From Macrostomum hystrix (taxonomy: Eukaryota > Animalia > Platyhelminthes): a stretch of 64,000 nt of DNA. The stretch lies in contig CATNEN010000007.1 of assembly GCA_950097015.1 (NCBI GenBank), positions 4,092,001 to 4,156,000 on the forward strand, written 5' to 3'. The notes under the pieces were generated by a model. It worked only from the letters and a program-made list of their open reading frames with translations. It made no database searches and was not told where the DNA came from. A program made the position numbers and the translations under genes. Below are positions 35,813-47,500 of this stretch, one piece after another (positions within the stretch are counted from its first letter, which is position 1; every line of letters begins with the position of its first letter).

Positions 35813-37826
35813 ATGGCAACCAGAATCGACCTGGACCGCCCGCGCTACGATCAGTCCACCTACATGGGCCGGGCCAAGCACTTCTTCATCACAACAAATC
35901 CGTTGAATGTGCTCAAGACTAGTCAGGAGTTGGATCAGGCGCGAGACATTGTCACCAGATATAAGGCGGGCGAGAGCTTGCCCGGCCTCACCCCGGAGGA
36001 CATCTGGCGCGCCAAGCACACCTACGACTCGGCCTTCCACCCGGACACCGGGGAGAAAATGTTCCTGCCTGGTCGGATGTCGTTTCAGGTGACCTAGTTT
36101 GTTGTTTACTTTCGTCACAAATAGTATGTCGACGTCATGCCATACCTTGATACCACAAAAGACTCGTTCATACTGCTATCAAACGCGGCTGGAGCACACG
36201 ATTCTTATGGCCATTCATTTTAGTGGGAAAAAATAAAATAACAAAACGAGTCATTTGATTTAATCAAGCCCTTGTTTTTTGACCAATGAAACGCAAAGAT
36301 ATATTCAAAAAATTAAGATGAATTTACTTGCTAGGAATTCGTTCGATCAACTTCCCTCGGAGGTCACGCGTCGTCAATTGTGTCACAGTGTACATTGACT
36401 ACGCTACAGTGTACATCGATTACGTCAGTGTACTCGTACATTGATTACCACACAGAGTACTTTGATAACGTCACAAAACATACGTCATTAATGACGTCAC
36501 AATGTACCAAGATGAGTTCACAGATATTTTGTCCTAAACTGCGTCACTGTCTACGTTAATATCTTCACAGAGAATGTCATTAATGATGTCACAGTGAATG
36601 ATGAAGTTAAAAAATAATACGCTGATAACGTCAGAACATATTGTACACGGGTGAAATTCACAATGCGTACGAGTGTTATTTTGTATAGTATCATTCGAGT
36701 ACATGAATGCTGCGCCAAATGAGATAAACAAACGAGAATAAAATTCTCCAGGTGCCCGGCAATATGACTATCACCGGCTGCATGATGACATTCTATAAGA
36801 GCACACCGGCTGTAATCTTCTGGCAGTGGTGCAACCAGACATTTAACGCGGTTGTCAATTACACAAATCGAAGCGGCGACTCGCCAATCTCAGTGCAGCG
36901 CCTCGGTGTTAGCTACGTTTTGGCCACCGGCGGCGCCGTGTCTACAGCCCTGCTAATCAATCGGCAGGTTAGCCGATTCCCTCCTCTGATTGGTCGCTTT
37001 GTACCATTCGCTGCTGTGGCTGTGGCCAACTGTGTCAACATACCCTGCATGCGCAGCCAGGCAAGTGACTAAATTTATTGCAGTGACTTAACGTTGTAGT
37101 CAGTTCTTGCGAGTTGGTGATTGTTGCAGCAGTTAGTTTTACTGAGTCCAGTGTTTACGGCTTTGGATTTCTGACTGAGAGGTCGGGAGTTCGAATCTTA
37201 TCTCTTGGGAGATAAGTTGCGTCCTTCAGAAAGATACTTATTTCCCATTGCTTTAATTCACTTAGCTGCAAAATTAGCTGGGATAAAAATTTGATTAGGT
37301 TTCGCGGCCTCCTTAGTCCACGGACTCAACGGCTGTTCACCTGGCCCAAATAGGGTTGGTGTAATTTCTATCTATTTATTCAGTAAAACTAAAAACACTT
37401 AAAATAAGTAGCAGCTCATGAAAGTAAATCCCATCGTGCTATTCCACACAGGAGCTGGACTCTGGTATTCCAGTGCTGGACTCCGAAGGCCGCCGGGTTG
37501 GCGACAGCACCGCGGCCGCCCGCCTGGCCATAGGCCAGGTTGTGTTTAGCCGAATCTGCATGGCCACGCCAGGCATGCTGATTCCGCCAATTATTATGAA
37601 TCGACTGGAGAAGTCCGGCTTTTTGGCCAGATTCGCTTGGTCTGGCGCGCCAATTCAGGTGCTATTGTGCGGCGCTTTTCTCACCTTCGCTACGCCAATG
37701 TGCTGCGCTCTGTTTCCACAGATGGCCTCGGTGCGGGTGTCTGCTTTGGAAGCGCCGCTGAGGGATCGCCTGCTGAAGGAGGGTCGCAAGCCGGACGAAG
37801 TGCTTTACTACAATAAGGGACTTTAA
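35813..37826 (+). CDS. SFXN1: Sideroflexin (SFXN1/3-like mitochondrial carrier), 319 aa; exons 35813-36088, 36752-37060, 37452-37826
   Basis: [75 protein letters not shown]-terminal YYNKGL. The second intron is GC-AG. Paralog assignment within the SFXN family is uncertain. Confidence 0.95.
37150..37345 (+). mobile_element. Diverged copy of the tRNA/CORE-like SINE in sideroflexin intron 2
   Basis: B box GAGTTCGAATC, TGCGTCCTTCAGAAAGATACTTA, TTCACTTAGCTGCAAAA, AGTCCACGGACTCAACGGCTG, colinear with the 16617 copy. Confidence 0.65.
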
Positions 37827-38049
37827 AATCATGATTCACATATGTACTGGATTGATGCAGTACATTAGTACCTGGACTTATTGAAGCCAGAGTCTTGGTT
37901 CAAGGAGTTTTTTACTTCTCGGTGATGGATCGCAACGCAAAAAAATTATATCTTTTGTGTGTTTTACAGCTATAGTTAACAAAATTATTCTAAATTCGTC
38001 TGCGAGAAAAAAGTCTGGAGAAAAAAGTTTGGGAGTGTTCGTTTTTTAG

Positions 38050-38420
38050 CGCGAACAAGCAGGTGTGAAAGGTGTGAAAATGGGGTTAGCGTCTGTTTAG
38101 TTTGGCTATCGCGAACAAGCCTATAAGAGAGGTGTGAAAATGGGGTTGGCGTCTGTTTAGTTTGGCTATCGTGAACAAGCCTATAAGAGCGGTGTGAAAA
38201 TGGGGTTGGCGTCTGTTTAGTTTGGCTAGCTCGAACAAGCCTATAAAAGAGGTGTGAAAATGGTGTTGGCGTCTGTTTAGTTTGGCTAGCGCGAACAAGC
38301 CTATAAGAGAGGTGTGAAAATGGGGTTGGCGTCTGTTTAGTTTGGCTAGCGCGAACAAGCCTATAAGAGAGGTGTGAAAATGGGGTTGGCGTCTGTTTAG
38401 TTTGGCTAGCGCGAACAAGG
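38050..38420. repeat. 60-bp tandem repeat, ~6 copies
   Basis: CGAACAAGCCTATAAGAGAGGTGTGAAAATGGGGTTGGCGTCTGTTTAGTTTGGCTAGCG with a 60-bp period. Confidence 0.95.
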
Positions 38421-40747
38421 CCCTTAGTGCTGTGTAAAAATGTTTGATAAGCCAGTTGACACAACAGTTCTGAAAAACTATAGAGTTCGTGCTTTCCTTG
38501 GGCTGACGGGAGCTGCAAAAAAACAGCAAAAATATAACTGGTGTCAGTTTATTTCCAGTGCGCTAGATGGAGAAAGGTTTTTGTTTTTGGTAAATAGTTT
38601 GTTTGCGTTACTACAGATAGTTTTCCTAACTACATAAATTAGTTTCAGTGGGTCATAGTTTTCCGTTGCGTTTGTTGTTTAGTTATTGCGGTCTGTTAGT
38701 TTCACCGCTTTCTTCATGTGCAACTCTAAAAAGAATCTAGTTACCACAGTTAATTGAGTTTTATATTGTAGCTTTACAAATGTTGCAATGAAATCAATAA
38801 TTGGATTTTATTTGCGGTTTCTAGTAGGTCATACAGTAGATTACTAAGCTATTTCAGTTTGTACGTCAGTTATAAAAAAAGCGATCTGTGGTTTATAGGT
38901 TTATCATGTTGGTATTTTCCCCAAAAATTTAATTGGTTTCATTTTTGAAGGCTATGCTATGTACTTAAGTCACGCTTTACACTATGATGTTTTTGTTGTG
39001 GTGCTAACACAATTTGCCCTCCGCACTTTAATGGCCGCAGCACACTACTAATCGTAGTAGTAGTAGTAACTAGTGCGAATTAATCACTGATCAATCAGAA
39101 GACTCCATACTATAGTTTTGTTTATAGAGACAATTTCATGTTTTGCTTCTTTGTCATTGGCGTTTTTTGCAATTCTGCTTCTAATTCTAATGAGCTATGA
39201 TTAGTTTTCTTTCAGCTTTCTACTGCACTCGACTGAGAGTTAGTGTTTGTCGAAAGTCTTATACTATTTCAAGTTTAGGATTTTGTGTGCAGGTGCCTTA
39301 GCGATTAACAAATCAATGAATTAACTTTCCTGATTGCTCCAGCTTGTTAAATCTTTCGACAAACTCGGAAATTTACATCCATAATCTTCAGTGACTACGT
39401 TTTTATTTATATAGGCCGATAGTGTTTCTTTAATCTCTTTGGATTTTTTCCTTAAGCTCTTTTAATATTAGCTTGTATTATTTATGTGCATTAACTCTCT
39501 AGTGATTAATAAATAGAAATATTAGTTTAATTTTGATTCAAATCCCAAAGCACTGCAAGTGACCATTTTGTCATCATTTTTCGTTGTGACTTTTTGCCTA
39601 TTTGAAAAGTTACCAGACCTGTACATCGGGTTAAGGGTTGGGTGTTGTGGGACGAATTATAATTTAACCATACAGAGAAAATTTCTTCGGGTGAGAATAG
39701 ATGTTGTATGATAGTCAGTGTTTTTGCCCACAGTGCGATGTACATAAGGGATGAGGGGTGGGTGTTTTACGATGAGTCATTGTTTTTTCCGTACTGTGCA
39801 GTGTACATGAGTGGTGAGGGGTGGGTGTTTTAGGATGAGTCATAGTTTTTAGCGTGCATCAAGGGTCAGGAGTGGATGCTGTATAATCAATCATATTTTG
39901 ATCTTACATTTTAAGACGATGTACATAGGTAGGTAAGGCGTGAGGTGTGTACACCTGCCGTAATATTTTCCACCCACTGCACCCACTGGGGGTTGGCCCT
40001 CGTGGGCATAGATTGCAGTATAAGCCCCCTAGCCTTTCTCCGCGGCTGCGTCCCGTACGAATGTGGCTTCGCTGCGAACTCGAGCTCGGAACCGAAAATT
40101 CGGTCCGAGAATCGGATGCGTTTGCCGCTAGGCTACTCACCCGCTCGGTAAGGCGTGGCTGGTTGTGTAAACAGCTAATTTTTATTACATTTTAAGATTT
40201 TTTCATTGGCAGTCTTGAACAGTACTATGAACAGTACTACGCAATCCTAAAAGCTTTTCAACTAATCTTTGCCACGGAGCCTAGAAGCAACCTACTGCCA
40301 ATTTGTGGCACAATTAGCATAGTCAGACCAGTAGCCTTCGCGAAATTGTCAGATTAAAAGCCCCCCAGTCGACAGTGTCCGACTAAAGACTGCTTGGCCG
40401 AAAACGAAGCTAGCAACTGGACTAAGGCGAAGCGGAGTGGAGCTAGACCTGTCAAACAAAATTTTTCTTGCGACTCCTGCCTCTGCAGTGGGTCGTCCCA
40501 GCGGCCCTGTTAAGACTCGAGGTCGCTTATCACTCGCAAATTTCAAGCCGAGAGTTGAGGCCCTCCCTGAGCCGTCCGTCTGGACGATTTCCCATGAGTT
40601 ATTTTTTACGCTAGGAATTTTCAAAAAGCCACGGCTTTCACAAGCGTAGCCAGTCCCGTTTACTTGTGTGCCCGCAGTGTATTATTGCACACTAATGCCA
40701 ATGTCAATGAAGCTGAAGATTATAAAGTTCAGTTCACTCTGTCGCGA

Positions 40748-42845
40748 ATGCTGACGCCTATAATGGCGCTCCTGGTGGCGCTGTCAGCAGGCTGCGTTCT
40801 CGGAGCTTCTGGTCCGATGTCTCCGATGCTGTCACCCCAACGGCTGCTGGATTCCCTGCCGCGCAACCTAACACTGCAGCGAGCCTGGGCGGCGGACGTC
40901 TTGGAAGAATGGCAGCGGCACATCTCTCAAATCAATCAGACCGACTTTAAGGAGTTCTCAGCGGCGCTGATGAGCCTTCGGGGAGACATGTTTGAGTACT
41001 TCAACGCTTTCTTCGGTGTAAAAGATTTCAACGCTGCGTGCCACTTCTCCCTACTCCCTAACCTCATCTACGGGGATAATTATCCCGCCGTACAAGCGCT
41101 GGCCAGCACCTGGTTTGAGTTTGTTGTCCAGTCGCTGAGGGGACACAGCACGCATCATTTTCTGTTCAAGTAGGTCCTTGCAGCTTTCTGGCTGCTTTCA
41201 AAATGTTTGGCTTTTGAATCCATTCTGAAGCGTTGGAAACCCCATTTAGTCAAGCTAGAAAGTGATGCATAATTTGACAATAGAAAATCATTGATTCAAG
41301 ACGGTGTCATGCACTCTGAAGCACCTACGCGAACTTTGCCACGGCAGGTATCTGCAGCAGTACCTGCGCATTGGCAAATCTGAGGTGACCTACAGCAGCC
41401 TGCTGCGCCATTCCGGCCAACCCAGCGAGTCGACCCTATCCGAGTTCGCCCAACGCCGCCTGCCGGACGCCCCGGTGCCAGCCGACTGTCGCCGAACTCT
41501 TCTCGTGCAACTGACGAATCCGCAGCAGCTGCTGGACAGCCAGCAGCCAACTATCACCGCGGAGCTGCAGGCCCGCCTGCTCAACATTGTCGCCTTTGGC
41601 GATGCGTGCCTCCGGTACAACAGCACTCACAAGGTCATCAGCTTCGTTGACACCGTCCTGTACGGTCACTTTGAGGCGCTGCGCGTGCCAAACCGCATGT
41701 GGATCGACCCGCGCCTGGGCGACACCCTACCTGGCCAGCTGAGCTCCGTGGCTAGTCTCATCCGCTACGGCTACCCGGCGCTGCTGATTGTCGGCACCCT
41801 CAGCAACCTGGTTGCTTTGCTCTTCAGCGCCGTGGTTCTCTCAGAGAGCAGCGTCTGTCTGTACTTTCTCGTCCTCTCCATACTGGACCTGCTCTGCCTG
41901 TGGTGCAACCTCCTGCCAACGATTTTGTCGCTTCACTGGGACGTCCTGCTGCGTCAGAGCTCCACAGCTGCTTGTCGATTGTTGTCATTCTTCGAAGCCT
42001 ATTTCGCTGCTGCCGCTGCTTGGACGGTGGCCGCATTGGCCGTTGCCAAAGTGCTGTCGGTGCTGATGCCGTTCAACAGCAGCCTGAACTCGCGGCGCAC
42101 TCACCGGCTGGTCATCGGCCTCGTCCTCGCAGTCATCGCCGCTCTCTGCTCGCCCTTGCTTGTCAACAGGCGTCGTGTTGTGCTGGTGGACGCCGACTTC
42201 TTCGCTCAGTGCTGGCGCAGGGATCTGCTGTTCCTAACCTACCGCGCGGAGAAGCTCTGGCTGGCAATGATCTTTCCAGTGCTGCCGTTGGCCTTCATTC
42301 TGGCCTGCAACTGCGCCCTGCTGGCCCTGCGGCAGCGCCACCTTCGCCAGGCAGCCGCCACCGGCGCGGGCTCCGCCGCCGACCGGCCTCAGCTGTTTGG
42401 CTCGCTGACCTTCGTGTCCTCGGTGTTCCTGGTCTTCACAGCGCCCAACACGGTGGTGCAGCTGATTGAAGCCGCCCGCTCTGAGGACATCAACCAGTAC
42501 AATGTGATCGACGAGTTGACCAATGGCAATGGGACCCTGCTGAATTACTGGGCCCACGTGACCCACTTCGTCATGCTGCTACACAATGCGTTCAATATAT
42601 TCGCCTACGGCATGAGCGCTCCCTACTTGCGCCTGGCCTTCCGCCAGCGACTGTCCAGAGGCCTCCGGTGTCCCGGCTTCCTGCAGCGGAAGCCGTTCTA
42701 TGGCTCTGTGATGTCAATGCGGACAAGCGCCTCGCAGCGCACCGACTGCACAAGCTCTGACACCGACTGCTGCGGCTGCGCGACCGAGTCCAGAGCCGCG
42801 GATGCTGACGATGCTGCATCTGCATCTGCTGGCAACCCGCGCTAG
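40748..42845 (+). CDS. Class A (rhodopsin-like, peptide-receptor-type) GPCR with signal peptide and long ectodomain, ~639 aa; exons 40748-41169, 41348-42845
   Basis: Signal peptide MLTPIMALLVALSAGCVLG; phase-2 intron (AA|G). Seven hydrophobic segments: GYPALLIVGTLSNL, LYFLVLSILDL, ACRLLSF...WTVAALAV, PLAFILACN, FLVFTAPN, HNAFNIFAY. Confidence 0.85.
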
Positions 42846-42984
42846 GACTGACTCCCCTAGCGCTAGACCATATGGCTATGGTTAATGGCTAGACCATTAA
42901 CAGTAGGGGTAGTTTTAATAACCCATATTTTTATTTTATCTGTATCTACCAAAATATTCAACCAATCGCCATGAAGATGCTAAC

Positions 42985-43290
42985 ATTTTCCGCTCTATCC
43001 GATGAAACAACTTCCAGAATCACGAAGCATCGGCATCGTCGAGATATTCAACGGTTCTCGTCGGTGTGTCGGGTAGTAAAAAAACACAACTATAGGCATT
43101 ATTTTTCTGCTCACAAAATTTTATGCAGCTGTAATTCATCATGTAACCATCTCAGCCTATTGCTGACTATTTTAAATATCTCGACGATTTGCATATTTGA
43201 ATATTAGTTTACTGAGCGAAAGGGCGGAAATGGTGGAATTTCACAAAAATCGGTCATTCGGTTTGGCAACTAACGTGAAGTCTTTCCTTA
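42985..43290 (+). repeat. Dispersed repeat, copy 1 (copy 2 at ~46888-47060)
   Basis: Shared blocks TTTTCC(G/A)CTCTATCCGATGAAACAACTTCCAGAAT(C/T)ACGAA(G/A)CATCGGC and AAAT(C/T)GGTCATTC(G/T)GTTTGG..CTA.CGTGAAGT. Confidence 0.75.
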
Positions 43291-43544
43291 GGGTTGAAAA
43301 TAGCATGCTCTTTCTACTGACTCATTTTGTCTCATACATTAGGGTTTAACCAAAGTTGCCCTGACATTGGCGACATTGCTCTGTATGCGAGAGCGTTCTC
43401 TAAATTCTAAATGTCAAATAATATTTTCAAAGTCTGCGTCCCATAGACTTGCTGTGCCCTGTCTTAAAACGAGCTTTCTGAAAACGTGTTACGGGAATGG
43501 GCTCGTAATTTTCACGGACTGGTTCTGAACTCTTTTTATTACAC

Positions 43545-43685
43545 CTCAGCCGACAGCACAGCCGCAGCCAGGGAGCGGTGCATCTGAAGGCTGCGTACGG
43601 CTGTTCAGTCCATGGATAAGCAGAAATAGTTTCAGTGGAGTCAAAACTCGAACCCCCGACCTCCAAGTCGTGAGTCCGAATATAA
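43545..43685 (-). mobile_element. SINE copy lacking the central CORE-like domain
   Basis: Reverse complement TCGGACTCACGACTTGGAGGTCGGGGGTTCGAGTTTTGACTCCACTG joins via ~17 nt to TCCATGGACTGAACAGCCGTACGCAGCCTTCAGA...GGCTGTGCTGTCGGCTG, matching the head and tail of the 16617 copy. Confidence 0.8.
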
Positions 43686-44543
43686 GTACTAAATTTTCTG
43701 CACTTGCTATGGTTGTCTTTAGCGTCATTGCACCGAAGCCGCAAATGAAACAAGGCAAGCTAGCAAACGCATGCACTATTCACTGTTCGCCTGAAATTAG
43801 CTGTCGTTAATAAAAAAACGTTTTCTTCTCATCTCTAGCCAATTGTAATTATGCGGTTGAATTTTAGAACCAATAAGAGACTGCCTGCGGCAGGCTTTGC
43901 TTCTACTTTAAAGAAAACATTGATTACTTGCTATGCAGCAATCCGTATACAGTAGCAGTCACTTTTCCTCGTTCTGTAATATCTGCAGCTAGTTTCCATC
44001 AAAAAGAGTCTATTTTGTTAGACTAAGTCATTCCTTCCTAACTCCAATATCATATTATTTTTAAGTAAGTAAAAAATTACTGGTCGATAATTAAAAATAT
44101 AGTCTAAAAGTACACAGAGCAGCAGCCCAAATAATAAGCGCGATGTCAATATTGAGAACAAGTTAGAGCAGTCATTTCGGTATGCTTTTTAAAGAGAAAA
44201 AAACAAGTAAAAAGTGGGGATTTGAAAAACGCCGAACGCGAAAATATCAGAAAACACTCAGTGGATTTAATTATCGCCTGGTTGATGCTGTGGGAAAACG
44301 CTTGAAGGCATATAGGTATCACTCCCAGTAAGACTATCTGTGGGTTCAACATGAAAAAATACAAAAAGTATCGTACCTTTACGGGCATAAAAATGAGCAT
44401 TCACGGTGGGACAAATCACTCTGCAATTCTTCCTGTGCGAAGGCACATAACAATTGTGGGAAAGCGAATCGAATATTACATTTTGCTCACTTCTGTCCTA
44501 CTAACAGTAGAGTAGTTCGCTTGCGTGTCTAATTTCTGCATCT

Positions 44544-47500
44544 TTAATACGGGAACTTCCACACGAAGATGCCGCCGTCATCGGACACGGTGACAATAAG
44601 GCGGTTGTTCGGGCAGATCTTGGCCCGCATAATGGGCGAGCTATGGCCCAGGCCCACGTGAGTGACGTCACCCTCAGCGTAGCGCCACACCTGAATGACG
44701 GATCAACGGTATTTGGAATGCATTTTGAATGCGTTTAAAGATTCTAGATGCTTGAAATTAAGCTCTCAGTAATCCCTAATATGGATTATTAGCATTCTCC
44801 TTCAGGCCAGCTGACCCCTCACCTTGACTATTTTGTCGTCTCCGGCGGTGACGTAATACTGCCCGTCAAGGCTGATGTCCATGCCGTTCACTGAGCCGGA
44901 CCGCGAGCCGTCCAGCTCCCGGATCAGGGTGCCATCGTACAGCTCCCAGTAGGAGATCTTGCGGTCGGTGCCGCTCGTGATCACCTGGCATTCTTCCGGT
45001 TCGTAGCAGACGCAGCGGAAGAGAGTGTTAGCGAACATGATCTGCCGGCGGCGGAAAGTTCTGCGTTGGCAACGGGATTAGAGGTTTGATTTCTCTGAAT
45101 TTTTTCAAAACCTACGCCCACTTGTTCTCGCCTTTCAAGATTTCAAAGTAAGTAGGCTGAAATCACGGTAAGCTGGTGAAATTTAGTGCCAGCCAAGCGT
45201 CACTCTCACGACTAGCTTTCTCGTGACTCACTTGAGATCCCACACGATGCAGCTGCCATCGGCCGAGGCGGACACGCACTGCGTGTTGTCCTTGGAGACG
45301 CGGATGCAGGACACGGCGTTCGCGTGCTCCTTCAGGGCCTCCTCCAGCTCGGTGACAAACGTCTTCTGGCCGGACTTGGCGATGCGCTCCTCGACGCGCC
45401 AGACCCGAACCTGGCCCTCGCCGCCTCCGGAGATGATGCGGCTGCAGTCCGAAGTGGCCGTGATGGCTGTGACGCCCTTCTTGTGCGCGTCGTTAATAGC
45501 GTACATGAGGCGGCCGGTCTCCGGGAAGAAGACGCGGATCTTGCTATCGTCCCAGCCGGAGACGATGCCGCTACCGTCGCGCAGGAAGTCGATGGCGAAG
45601 CAGGTCATGTTGGGTACGGTGATGCGCAGCAGTTCCTTCTGAGAGGGTGTGTGCCACACCCGGATGTCCTGGTACGAGCAGGTGGCAAACAGGTCGGAGG
45701 TGCCGCTGGAATGGAGGTTATTTTGACATTGCGAACTTCTGGATGAGGCTTAGCACTTTATCACCACCAGTGAACGATGACAAGGTGTACACATTTTATT
45801 TTTATTTCAGTTGAAGGGTTTGGCTTAAATTGAATTGGGGAAAACTATTTCATACATCGCTTTCAAATACTGATTAACATGCTAATACACGAGATTCATT
45901 CTAAAAGCAATGTTAAGCAAAATTTTAAGCCGTCACATTATTGTTGGTTAAGATAAATCAAAAGGCACTATGTTATAAATTACTTGATGATTCAGCAATT
46001 GGTTATGAGTCAAACAGTCAATTATTTGAACTTATTAGCACATTGATGCGTAATGAAATTTACTGGCCGGTCTTAATCAGTTGCTAGTAGCTTGTATGTA
46101 CATTATTTACAGCGATAGGTTAAGAGACGTTTATCGATTCGATGGGAATGTGCACCACTGAGGAGTGTCCCTTCTTCTCTCTCCCTCCCCCCTAATGTAC
46201 ATTGCCTAGCGCGTCAGCCCATGCTTATCGATCGATCCCGCTGTAGATGGTTGTGCGCTATTGGCTATAATTTTCCATGTTGGTGTTTCGAGCGACTATC
46301 TGTTCAAATAAGTTGCTGCAAGGCTCGAAGCTGGAACACAAAACAGGGAGCTTTTGAAGGCGCACACGCGGGCACAAGAGCGGAAAAGCAGCTTTTTGCG
46401 AATGACTAAATTATTCCCGCTCAAGCGCACACAATGTAAGCGGTTAGGCAGAAATTACTTCGCGAGCAGAGAAGCAAGAGAGAAAGCAGAGAAAGTAGAC
46501 GGGGCTCCTCCATGGTCTGTTTGGCTTGTCCACACACTTATAATAGCTAATTTGGTATGAAAGCAGTCAAATTGCATGAATTTTAGGCACTGCTTTCTAT
46601 GCTTGTAAAAATTCGCAATGAGATCAGAAAATGGCCACACATTTGTAAGTCAATTCATGCAGCACTTGAGGCTCGATACTTACAACATCCTGTTCTTTCC
46701 GTTAACATTTTCGCAAAGCCTGTTTAATACAATGAGCATCAACGTATTGAATTTCGTCGTGACTTGAGATAAAAAAATAGAAGAATATTTTTCGTTTTTT
46801 TTTGCCTGTGATGCTTAGTAAGTTTTTTGCGTGAAGCTATTACATGCACGTTTTCTTAGAAGAGGGTAAGCCATGACACGGGCAAAAGTTTTCCACTCTA
46901 TCCGATGAAACAACTTCCAGAATTACGAAACATCGGCTGATGTAAAAACTGACTCGGACAGCTTTGAAAGTTAGTTCATCGTAAAGGGCTGAAAGTTTTA
47001 TCTAAATGGTGTGCATTCATGAAAATTGGTCATTCTGTTTGGGAGCTATCGTGAAGTAGATTTGAAATACCCCGTAATCTTTCCCCAGGGAGGTCTTTCT
47101 GTACGTGTGGCCTTTTTACTGTTAGACGTTTTGCTTTTTAATTATAAATGTGTATAGTACATGATTACGGCAGAATATAAACTATTCTGAGTTTATTCCG
47201 ACAAACATAAGATGGTACGATTCGGTTGATTAGACAATAAAGAAACAAAAGCTATGTCAAGGGGGGATAGCCAGTTTTAACTGACAGGCCTGCCAGCACT
47301 TACAATGGAAAGGCGATATCGTTAATAGCCGAGTAGTGGCAGGTGTTGACCAGGGTGTGGCTGAAGTCAGCCAGGTTGAACTTGTAGATCTGGCTCTTCT
47401 CTGTGCCGGCGTAGAACTCGTGACCTCGGCCGCGCAGCGAGATGCTGGTGACGCCGCTCTCCAGTTTCTGCTGCTTCCTGTGGAGGGGAAGATTTTATAC

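Noticed and set aside
40085-40131. GC hairpin followed by CTAG, as a Helitron 3' end
   Set aside because: Spacing is long, CTAG is not followed by T, and no 5' TC end or helicase remnant was found.
42881-42901. GTTAATGG-CTAGA-CCATTAAC hairpin after the GPCR stop
   Set aside because: An 8-bp AT-rich stem is expected by chance in 64 kb; no supporting context.
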